From positions 1-52,509 of the IMG/VR virus record IMGVR_UViG_3300020131_000001: a stretch of DNA of 52,509 nt, one strand, 5' to 3'. Of the stretch, positions 17,618 through 24,606 are shown in pieces. The notes below the pieces were generated by a model, which did no database searches, was not told the DNA's origin, and saw only the letters and a list, made by a program, of their open reading frames with translations. The DNA is from a virus. The position numbers and the translations under genes are program-made. The number at the start of each line of letters is the position of its first letter. The first letter of the stretch is position 1.

Positions 17618-17635
17618 CTTCTCTCTCCTTAATAT

Positions 17636-17842
17636 TCAGCATCCCAGCCCTTCCAAACGGGCAGCCGAACTGTCTGACGATAAAGAACTGGTCGCTAATT
17701 TCTCGCAGTAGATACAATTCTCTTCACACTGCCCGCGCAGATGAGAACGTGCGGCATCACGGAGATAGTCAACATAGCGTTCGGCTTCTTCCATGTTGAT
17801 GCCTATTCGTCTACGTTGGATGACGCGGTTAAAGTCAGACAT
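17636..17842 (-). CDS. Hypothetical protein.
   Basis: Start trimmed to ATG 17842, which has an AGGTGA RBS; CEENCIYCE motif. Confidence 0.45.
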   Translation of the reverse strand: MSDFNRVIQRRRIGINMEEAERYVDYLRDAARSHLRGQCEENCIYCEKLATSSLSSDSSAARLEGLGC

Positions 17843-18308
17843 TTGATTCACCTACACACTTCAAAGCGGCTAAACAGATTGCTAAAGGGAGTGATTCGTT
17901 TTCTACCGTCGCGTCTAGTTGGCCGTTGTCGAAGTCCACAACCCACGGTGCTTGTCCGCATGTATCGGCTATAACCACGCCGTGTTTAAGTTGGCGCATC
18001 TTTTCAACTACTTCCCATGCTGCCGATATATCGGTTGAGTAGCGCGGAATGTTTACCCAGCCCAAACCTTCAACTAGCATCAACTGCGCTGGCATATCGC
18101 CTTTATCGTCGGCAAGGTACACTTCGGTAGGGAATCGGTTCTCGCTGAAGGCCCGCATGGAAAACAGCCCGTGTCGCCACTCTTTACCTTCCACCTCTTG
18201 CGCCGAGTTGATTGCGTGGATGCTCCAATAAGAGACGGGATAACCCATAAGCACGGCAATCTCAGCATCTAAATCTCTGCTAGCTTGTTTCTGTTTCGCT
18301 GCACTCAT
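17835..18308 (-). CDS. Hypothetical protein (phage ABA-sandwich-domain-like).
   Basis: Start trimmed to ATG 18308, which has a GGAGG RBS. YSTDISAAWEVVEKM...PLAICLAALK resembles that family from memory. Confidence 0.45.
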   Translation of the reverse strand: MSAAKQKQASRDLDAEIAVLMGYPVSYWSIHAINSAQEVEGKEWRHGLFSMRAFSENRFPTEVYLADDKGDMPAQLMLVEGLGWVNIPRYSTDISAAWEVVEKMRQLKHGVVIADTCGQAPWVVDFDNGQLDATVENESLPLAICLAALKCVGESNV

Positions 18309-18330
18309 AGAACCTCCAAAGTGGGAAAAG

Positions 18331-18606
18331 TTAGCTTTCCAGTGAATAGACCGATTCGACTTTCCTACGGTCGTAGTCGGGACTGTACGGGTCTGCAATA
18401 GAGTAAATAGCTAGCCTACACATAAGAGCATTTAGCTTTGGGTCATTTATCTCGGCGGCTCTTTCACCGACCTGTGCAAGCAGCTTTCCGAAAATATTAA
18501 GAGGGATGCGTAATGCGCTAGCCGATTTATTGAGCAATATCTCTTCTAGTAAAGCCGGGGTATTGACTTGCCATTTCAGCGTTAAGTCCTCTCTCTTATT
18601 TGCCAC
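18331..18606 (-). CDS. Hypothetical protein.
   Basis: GTG start; co-directional packing. Confidence 0.45.
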   Translation of the reverse strand: MANKREDLTLKWQVNTPALLEEILLNKSASALRIPLNIFGKLLAQVGERAAEINDPKLNALMCRLAIYSIADPYSPDYDRRKVESVYSLES

Positions 18607-18653
18607 CTCTTATACCCTTTCTTCACCCCCAACCCACGGGGCAGCCCAAACAG

Positions 18654-18872
18654 TCAGCGTCTTCCGGCACACGCTACACAGCAATAGTGCTTGCCGTCGT
18701 CAACTATCCATTCGTGCTCACTCCCAAGCTTTCGCTCTATTGCCTTGTCGCTGGTGTCATAGCGGCCGCTGGACTCAGACATACCGCTGTAAACAAATTC
18801 GGGTTCAACCTGTACACCGTCATAGCAGCCTTTTCCGTCACAGGTAACTTCTACTTTTGCGTCGTGAATCAT
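18654..18872 (-). CDS. Small Cys-rich protein.
   Basis: AGGA RBS; CDGKGC...CCVAC. Confidence 0.5.
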   Translation of the reverse strand: MIHDAKVEVTCDGKGCYDGVQVEPEFVYSGMSESSGRYDTSDKAIERKLGSEHEWIVDDGKHYCCVACAGRR

Positions 18873-18884
18873 TGATTTATCCTT

Positions 18885-19049
18885 TCAGGCCGCGGCCGAT
18901 TTATCAAAAGGCACAACGTTAGATTTAGTGGCTTCATCAAGACGGCGCTCAACATCGGCTAGTCTCTGCTCAAGTTCTTCAACTCGTCTTGATTGCTTAT
19001 GAATAGTTCTGTAAAACTCGTCAAAGGTTTCCCAGATACTTTCGCCCAT
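18885..19049 (-). CDS. Small coiled-coil protein.
   Basis: Start trimmed to ATG 19049, which has a GGAGAG RBS. Confidence 0.45.
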   Translation of the reverse strand: MGESIWETFDEFYRTIHKQSRRVEELEQRLADVERRLDEATKSNVVPFDKSAAA

Positions 19050-19096
19050 CAAATTCTCTCCGTTCTCTGCTGTCCTCAAAAAAGTGGTTACTTTTC

Positions 19097-19363
19097 TTAG
19101 TAGCTCATCGCGTCTGCGCGGTCTTCCAACTCGGACTGATACTCTTCTTCGACTCTTAACTGCTTCCTGAGCTCTGGCGTCCAGATTTCCTTGAGTTCTT
19201 TCCGAATGGTCACAAGCTTATCGTTCAGGGCTTTGAGTTCAGGGAAGGCTTTGAAATAGCCCTCCATATCTTCCGGCTCTAAGTTCTCAGTGATGCCGTC
19301 CAGGGCGCTGTCAATCCATCCCTGCGCGTTATCAAGGTCGTCTTTGATTTGAATCAGGCTCAT
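19097..19363 (-). CDS. Hypothetical protein.
   Basis: Start trimmed to ATG 19363, which has a GAGGAA RBS inside a 16-nt repeat that also occurs at 19900-19915. Confidence 0.5.
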   Translation of the reverse strand: MSLIQIKDDLDNAQGWIDSALDGITENLEPEDMEGYFKAFPELKALNDKLVTIRKELKEIWTPELRKQLRVEEEYQSELEDRADAMSY

Positions 19364-19443
19364 CTGTGCTGTTCCTCTCAAACAAATAAGTGCCGATATG
19401 ACTTAATCTTTCGCGTGGTATCTATGCGCGACCCAGAATAAGA

Positions 19444-19884
19444 TTACTGTTCCCGTCCATCCGAGCATTTGACACGGAAGGTGCAAAGTGCCTGTTCCGA
19501 TGTGTAAGTGAAACTGTCGCCGGGTTGCATGGATTGAGCGAACTTGTAGATATCCCCAAGCTGTTCACCAGCGATGCGCTCAAGGTCTCTCAGAAGGTAG
19601 TAGTCTTCGCTGTTGCCTTCGGGGTCGTCGGCCTGGGTGACTTTGAATTGCCAGATGCGGCTATCTTTTGAGGCGTCTTCGCAAGCGGGCTTATCGCAGG
19701 TGAAAGGCCCGTCATAGTTAGCATCCGTGATTGCAGCGCAGGCTTCGTTGTAGCAATCAAACCAGTCGCCGCAAATAGCGCATCTGTGGTTGGCCTCATG
19801 CGCGCGGGGCATCAAAGGGTTATCAAGTTCAGTAAACTCGTACTCACTAATTGTCTCTTCCATTCTATCTAACGTGTCGTACAT
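19444..19884 (-). CDS. First gene of the leftward early operon; Cys-rich hypothetical protein.
   Basis: AGGAGG RBS; lies 54 nt downstream of the -10 of the promoter at 19938-19966. Confidence 0.6.
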   Translation of the reverse strand: MYDTLDRMEETISEYEFTELDNPLMPRAHEANHRCAICGDWFDCYNEACAAITDANYDGPFTCDKPACEDASKDSRIWQFKVTQADDPEGNSEDYYLLRDLERIAGEQLGDIYKFAQSMQPGDSFTYTSEQALCTFRVKCSDGREQ

Positions 19885-19937
19885 GATGTCCTCCTGTTGT
19901 GTGCTGTTCCTCTCACTCGTTCCTAGCTGGTATATAC

Positions 19938-19966
19938 ATAATATATACTTAACATATACCTGTCAA
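19938..19966 (-). promoter_or_regulatory. Leftward early promoter (PL-like), sigma70 type.
   Basis: The minus strand reads TTGACA, a 17-nt spacer, then TATTAT. It is overlapped by (T/C)ATATAC repeats at 19931, 19942 and 19953 (11-bp phasing) and by the inverted repeat GGTATAT/ATATACC. Confidence 0.6.
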
Positions 19967-20014
19967 TAGGGTAGGCAAAGATTTTTGAGAAATATTTTCA
20001 GGCAAGAAAAAAGG

Positions 20015-20046
20015 CGCTTCCGAAGAAGACGCCTCTTTCCTGTCGG
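20015..20046 (-). terminator. Rho-independent terminator ending the repressor/PAS operon.
   Basis: The minus strand reads GGCGTCTTC-TTCG-GAAGCGCC followed by TTTTTT, 16 nt after the PAS gene stop. Confidence 0.75.
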
Positions 20047-20061
20047 GATTGTCGGGTTTTA

Positions 20062-20703
20062 TTAGATGATTTGAGTTAATCCAACCCAGTTCGTAATATT
20101 GCCTGAACTGTCCAGAATTGGAATTGCGAGATTCAGAAGCCGGACGTATGCGCCAGAAGCATTTAGTACTCGGTTTGTGTGATTAAATGTCTGTTTAGCT
20201 GCCTGGGCATCTATCCATTTTCTTGCGTTTATTTCTCGGTCGTCCGGATGTACTAGAGAAAGGAAGTCGTTAACTGCTTCTGGAGGATGACCAGTGAGCC
20301 TTGACCACTCCTCGCACGGCTTAATTATGCTATTGTGGTCAGCGACCCAATTCCATCTATTCGGCATAGATGATTTGTCCAGATTCATAACTCTTCCTTG
20401 AATCGCAACGACTTCGCCTTCTATTTCATATTCAAACTTCGTTAGCCTTACTTCTCGATTATCACTACCGCAAATTGTTATGGTTCCGTGCCTATCTATG
20501 CTTATCAAGAGACTACAAAACGAGTAACCGCGCGCACGCAACCATATGAGCTGCTTAGGGGCCACCGGCCCTAATCTGACAATGCAGCAATCGCCTTCCT
20601 GTATACCTTGCTCCAGCCAGCCCTCAATAACTTTGTGGGAGGCAAGAGTAGGTTGTTTTTTGGCGGGGTACATGCCTCGGGGCTGAAGTACATGTACTGA
20701 CAT
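20062..20703 (-). CDS. PAS-domain protein with an unknown beta-rich N-terminal domain.
   Basis: C-terminal NRWNWVADHNSII.PCEEWSRLTG......FLSLVHPDDRE......NRVLNASGAYVRLLN...ILDSSGNITNWVG has the PAS-fold signature. Confidence 0.65.
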   Translation of the reverse strand: MSVHVLQPRGMYPAKKQPTLASHKVIEGWLEQGIQEGDCCIVRLGPVAPKQLIWLRARGYSFCSLLISIDRHGTITICGSDNREVRLTKFEYEIEGEVVAIQGRVMNLDKSSMPNRWNWVADHNSIIKPCEEWSRLTGHPPEAVNDFLSLVHPDDREINARKWIDAQAAKQTFNHTNRVLNASGAYVRLLNLAIPILDSSGNITNWVGLTQII

Positions 20704-20889
20704 ATTAGTGATGCTGAATACAATTTCAGCTACTCCTTTCTGAAGAATTTCGGGAGTTAGGAAATAGGGAGACCGTCCTCTTAGACACCACTATACACGC
20801 GAAGGATTACCCGAAGTCTTGAAAATTATCTGAGAAAATAGATGAAGTTTTTATGAAAGGAATTGTTAGAGGAAATAGCAAAATTTTAG

Positions 20890-21195
20890 CTAGGTATCAT
20901 TACCGTTTTTCTCAGTACCAGTTGGAGGGAGTTTTGTTAGACCAATCTCACGCTCTACCGTATCCTTTACGCCCGCCATAGCATCCAGTTCCACGCTGTC
21001 AATTCTGTAATAAGCTACAAGAATCGCCTCAATTTGTTTATTCACACTTCGACGGCACCGCTCGGCATCCTTAGCTATAACGTCGTGGAGGCGAGGGGGT
21101 ATCTCAAGAAGTTTTTGCTTGACCTGCTTCTTCTTCGAGGATTTCTTCTGCGCCATGTTCCCGTTTATATCATATCGTTTCGATATATCCAACAT
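20890..21195 (-). CDS. Ribbon-helix-helix (Arc/CopG-like) repressor; candidate maintenance (CI-like) repressor.
   Basis: LLEIPPRLHDVIAKDAERCRRSVNKQIEAILVAYY has the RHH pattern. AGGAGG RBS 8 nt upstream. Divergent from the rightward operon. Confidence 0.6.
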   Translation of the reverse strand: MLDISKRYDINGNMAQKKSSKKKQVKQKLLEIPPRLHDVIAKDAERCRRSVNKQIEAILVAYYRIDSVELDAMAGVKDTVEREIGLTKLPPTGTEKNGNDT

Positions 21196-21264
21196 ATCTA
21201 GCGCCTCCTAAATCCTAGAAAATAAACGGTATATACTTTCCATATGAAAAGTATGCGAATTTCC

Positions 21265-21296
21265 TTGACGCCAAACCTATACTTGGTATATATAAA
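21265..21296 (+). promoter_or_regulatory. Candidate rightward early promoter (PR-like).
   Basis: TTGACG, then 17-18 nt, then ATATAT/TATATA. The -10 is embedded in a GGTATATAT copy of the operator motif. Confidence 0.45.
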
Positions 21297-21318
21297 GTAT
21301 ATGAAAGGACAGAAACAT

Positions 21319-21489
21319 ATGGTTGAAGAGAAAGAGACAAAAACATTTCTTGCTACTGTCAGCGCAGAGGCCGAAGAGAAGCTGAGGGAAGAAGCTAAGG
21401 CCATGATGCGCAGTCGTAACGCCCAGCTCGCTTACATCCTTGAAGAGAGATATGGCCTTCTCTCGGAACAGCAACCGCAGGCAGCTTAA
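21319..21489 (+). CDS. Ribbon-helix-helix protein; candidate Cro-like regulator.
   Basis: Start trimmed to ATG 21319. KTFLATVSAEAEEKLREEAKAMMRSRNAQLAYILEERY has the RHH pattern. It is the first gene of the rightward operon. Confidence 0.55.
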   Translation: MVEEKETKTFLATVSAEAEEKLREEAKAMMRSRNAQLAYILEERYGLLSEQQPQAA

Positions 21490-21500
21490 TAGAGGTCAAT

Positions 21501-22262
21501 ATGCGCGTTGAAACCATAACCATAGAAGACATCCGTGGAATCCCTTTTATACTTGCTGATATGAAAACAGACAATATCAGCCGCAGAAATTTAACCACCT
21601 ACGAAAAGTCAAAGACTATCGTTGAACTGGCCGATGCCGTTGGGGGGCAGCTAGCAAGGGGAGCCGCCGCTCAAGTTGAGCCGTTGGCCGACTCTAGCTC
21701 TGCATACTTCGGAATCCTGAAAGGGTCTAAGACGCGCCGCTTTGCTAAAGCCTACCCCTCTGCCTGGACTGGACATTGGCATTTGGCGGCGATAATTGAA
21801 GCAGAAGTAACATATACAAATCACCCGGAACCTCAAGAGAACGTCGCATTTTGGTTTGATGCTCAGGGCTTTGATTTAGCGGACTTCACTTGGGGCTCGT
21901 CCCCCTCAGAGCCTTTGGAGCATAACCCTTTTTATAAGCTCGAACCTCCGAAGCTTCGTCTGGTACAACCGGAACCGGAATCAAAAACTTCATACGTGTA
22001 CTTCATTCAGGCCGAAACAACCGGACTGATTAAGATTGGCGTTACTAACAAGCCCGCAACTCGCCTTAAGGCCCTCCAGACGGGCTCCCCTATGCTTCTA
22101 CGACCACTAGGGCTAATTGAAGGCGACACAAGATTGGAAGCTGCATTACACGCTCAATTTAAGCATTTAAGGCGTCATGGCGAATGGTTTGAGCCCAGCG
22201 CCGAATTACTAGCATTTATCAAAGAACGGGCTAAAGCGTGGCCCTCTAAGACAAACAAATGA
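21501..22262 (+). CDS. T5orf172 (GIY-YIG-related) domain protein.
   Basis: C-terminal YVYFIQAETTGLIKIGVTNKPATRLKALQTGSP...HGEWF. Confidence 0.6.
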   Translation: MRVETITIEDIRGIPFILADMKTDNISRRNLTTYEKSKTIVELADAVGGQLARGAAAQVEPLADSSSAYFGILKGSKTRRFAKAYPSAWTGHWHLAAIIEAEVTYTNHPEPQENVAFWFDAQGFDLADFTWGSSPSEPLEHNPFYKLEPPKLRLVQPEPESKTSYVYFIQAETTGLIKIGVTNKPATRLKALQTGSPMLLRPLGLIEGDTRLEAALHAQFKHLRRHGEWFEPSAELLAFIKERAKAWPSKTNK

Positions 22263-22393
22263 CCCTAGCTGAGTGTTTCCCCCACTAAACAGGGGGCCGA
22301 ACAGACTGTAAAAGGTTGATACGACAAGCGATTGCTAACGCCCGTATCCCTTGTATCGCATGTAACCAGCTACTAGCCGAAAGGAACATCATT

Positions 22394-22924
22394 ATGTGGA
22401 CTCACTTCTGGGATATGCATAGTGGCGGCGGAACTAAAGTAATCCGCCTTGATGACGGCTCTTTCATTGACGGCGATAACTACGTCAAAGAGGGCCAGCC
22501 TATAAATCACATCTACATTGAAGCCCCAGAAGATGAAGCCAAAGTAATCTTCTATAACCGCTTTGGTCATAATCCTGAGCGTGTTTCCTGCACATGCTGC
22601 GGTGGTGACTACTCAATAAGCGAAGGCGAAAGCCTTGCACAACTTACCGGCTTCCATCGCCATTGCGCTTGGGAATCTGTAAAGGGCGAAAAGGGTGGCG
22701 GTCATTATGTCGAAAGACAGGATGAAGGCCATCGTAAGTACATCCTACACGGCGATGATGACGCTGTATGGCAAGCGTATCTTACCGAGCGCGGCGATTC
22801 GGTCAAATATCAAACCCTTGAAGAGTACATGAAAAACGACGATGTACTTTTCATCCCTAAGTCTCATATCAAGCCCGAAGAACGTAAAGGCGAAGTGCCG
22901 GAACAAGGTTTTGTCTGGGTCTGA
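22394..22924 (+). CDS. Hypothetical protein.
   Basis: Start trimmed to ATG 22394 (MWTHFWDMHSGGG), which has an AAGGAA RBS. Confidence 0.55.
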   Translation: MWTHFWDMHSGGGTKVIRLDDGSFIDGDNYVKEGQPINHIYIEAPEDEAKVIFYNRFGHNPERVSCTCCGGDYSISEGESLAQLTGFHRHCAWESVKGEKGGGHYVERQDEGHRKYILHGDDDAVWQAYLTERGDSVKYQTLEEYMKNDDVLFIPKSHIKPEERKGEVPEQGFVWV

Positions 22925-23145
22925 GCCGTGTACGTGCGACTAAGGGATAACGACTTGGCCCTAATCGTTTTTCTTTTATTCATCTGACTTCTTTTTTCTG
23001 TTGACCTTTGGCTTCGGCCAGCAACACACGAGTTCTTTCATAATTTTAAGGTTTGGCTTCCCTGTATGCTGCCGCATTTCTAAACGGTGGCTACTAGCTA
23101 GGTACAGGATAAGCCGAAACGGGGCGGTCATTGAGGGCAACATCT

Positions 23146-23211
23146 AGCAACGTACCTCAGATGGATAGAGTCCCTTCGGGGAAGTCGCGGGTTCGAGTCC
23201 CGTCGTTGCCG
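23146..23211 (+). ncRNA. tRNA-like element: acceptor, D-arm and T-arm are present, but the anticodon arm is replaced by a C(UUCG)G-capped 4-bp hairpin.
   Basis: AGCAACG TA CCTC AGATGGATA GAGT / TCCC-TTCG-GGGA / AGTC / GCGGG TTCGAGT CCCGT / CGTTGCC G. No 7-nt anticodon loop can be drawn. Confidence 0.45.
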
Positions 23212-23262
23212 AAGATTGACTGATGATGTTGAGCGACCTGAGCCGCCCCTTTATCAAACATC

Positions 23263-23364
23263 ATGGCAGACATAGTTATTGGAATCATCATTGGCTTATT
23301 GCTTATCACCCTATGCGCTCTCATAGCGTGGGGGATTAAGTCATTGTTTGAAAACGAACTCTAG
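23263..23364 (+). CDS. Possible 33-aa single-pass membrane peptide.
   Basis: My translation: MADIVIGIIIGLLLITLCALIAWGIKSLFENEL. The start codon lies in the 3' arm of an 8-bp stem (23223-23230 pairs with 23257-23264). Confidence 0.3.
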   Translation: MADIVIGIIIGLLLITLCALIAWGIKSLFENEL

Positions 23365-23400
23365 TTTTTGTTTGGCTACACCTTAAAAGGAAACACGACC

Positions 23401-23673
23401 ATGAGAGAAATTTGGAAATATCAACTACCAGATTCAGGTTGCGTCACACTTAACCTGCCTAAGTTTGCCGAGATTCTAACCGTTCAAATGCAGCGCAGAA
23501 TAGCTTGCTTGTGGGCCTTAGTTGACCCGAAAGCCGAAACAGAACAGCGAACCTTTTTAGTCGCTGGCACGGGCCATCCGATTAAAGAAGACGGTAGGCT
23601 GGAATACATCAACACCATTCAAATGTTCGGCGGCGACCTTATATTTCACATCTTTGAAGTGACTAAAGAGTGA
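23401..23673 (+). CDS. Hypothetical protein; paralogue of 16320-16595.
   Basis: IWKYQL..LPKFAEILTVQMQRRIACLWALVD...GTGHPI...GGDLIFHIFE; AAAGGAAA RBS. Confidence 0.65.
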   Translation: MREIWKYQLPDSGCVTLNLPKFAEILTVQMQRRIACLWALVDPKAETEQRTFLVAGTGHPIKEDGRLEYINTIQMFGGDLIFHIFEVTKE

Positions 23674-23814
23674 TTGCCAAAGAACTAAGTTTTGAGAGCG
23701 AGCCATCAGCCGCCACAGCTACCTAACCCGCTCTCATGGTTTGAGCGCCTTTATCCGATGGTCAACGGAGGCAAGTCGTTAGCACGACGAATACGAGATT
23801 AGCAAGAGGTAGCC

Positions 23815-24378
23815 TTGAAGGGAATCGTAAAAAATCCACAGCTTATGAAGGCCGCTAACAAGGGGAACCTTGTCACTCGTAGATGCTTTGTCGAGCGCGA
23901 CGGCGTGAAACTTAGGCGAGTAGATGAGCTGGCACAGATAGTCGGTAAAGCAGGTTCTACTGCCTACCAGATGACGGAAGAGGTCAGCCCCTACGGCTCC
24001 GGTACACCGTCCCCGCTTTATAACCTGAATGAGCTTATAAGACATCTTGTTGATATTGATGACATCCCTAGTGCCGTTGAAATGGCCGATTGCCCGAGAC
24101 GCTTTCTTGACCAGTTAAGAGGCGAAGATGTGGCGGGCGATGCAATCAATAAGAACAATCTTCTTCTAAAGACGGCATCCGACGCCAACTATCTATTAGC
24201 AGGGCGCGACCTTAAAGACCTTCCACTGGGGCAACTCAAAGAATACGCCCAGATGATTATGACTGTCAGAACGGTGTCGAGTGAGATTGAAAGGATGGTA
24301 GACGCCCAGATAAAGACCGTAGAGCAGAGCTTTACCGGAGCGCCTATCCAGGCAGAGAGATTACGCGGGGTTGGCTAA
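23815..24378 (+). CDS. Hypothetical protein, possibly with an HTH.
   Basis: TTG start with an AAGAGG RBS. RVDELAQIVGKAGSTAYQM looks HTH-like. Confidence 0.45.
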   Translation: MKGIVKNPQLMKAANKGNLVTRRCFVERDGVKLRRVDELAQIVGKAGSTAYQMTEEVSPYGSGTPSPLYNLNELIRHLVDIDDIPSAVEMADCPRRFLDQLRGEDVAGDAINKNNLLLKTASDANYLLAGRDLKDLPLGQLKEYAQMIMTVRTVSSEIERMVDAQIKTVEQSFTGAPIQAERLRGVG

Positions 24379-24564
24379 CAACCAGATGATGATTAGGTCA
24401 ATGGTAGAAAGCTCGGCTGATTGCGTAGAAGTGGAGTTAGAGCAGTTTTCAGTACAAGCGGGCGGCTCGGGCGTTGGCTTAGCACCTGGAACTTCCATAT
24501 TCCCCTGAGCAAAGACGGGGACGGTTAGCACGAGCAGAAGGAAAAGAACACGCAGGGATTTCAT
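24361..24564 (-). CDS. Small secreted or membrane-anchored protein on the antisense strand.
   Basis: Start trimmed to ATG 24564, which has an AGGAG RBS. Signal peptide MKSLRVLFLLLVLTVPVFAQG. Hydrophobic C-terminus IDLIIIWLL. Confidence 0.5.
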   Translation of the reverse strand: MKSLRVLFLLLVLTVPVFAQGNMEVPGAKPTPEPPACTENCSNSTSTQSAELSTIDLIIIWLLANPA

Positions 24565-24606
24565 ATCGTGGCTCCTAGAAAAGTTCATAAAACGGAGTGA
24601 TTGTTA

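Noticed and set aside
21198-21598. Small ORFs across the switch region (21198-21404, 21277-21474, 21395-21598; also the 21244 start of the + ORF).
   Set aside because: They overlap the promoter/operator region or the RHH gene in other frames. ATG 21319 with a GGA-containing RBS gives a clean RHH protein.
23146-23211. Calling this a canonical tRNA gene.
   Set aside because: No 5-bp stem plus 7-nt anticodon loop can be drawn. Only 12 nt separate the D-arm from the variable region, so it is reported as a tRNA-like ncRNA or pseudo-tRNA instead.
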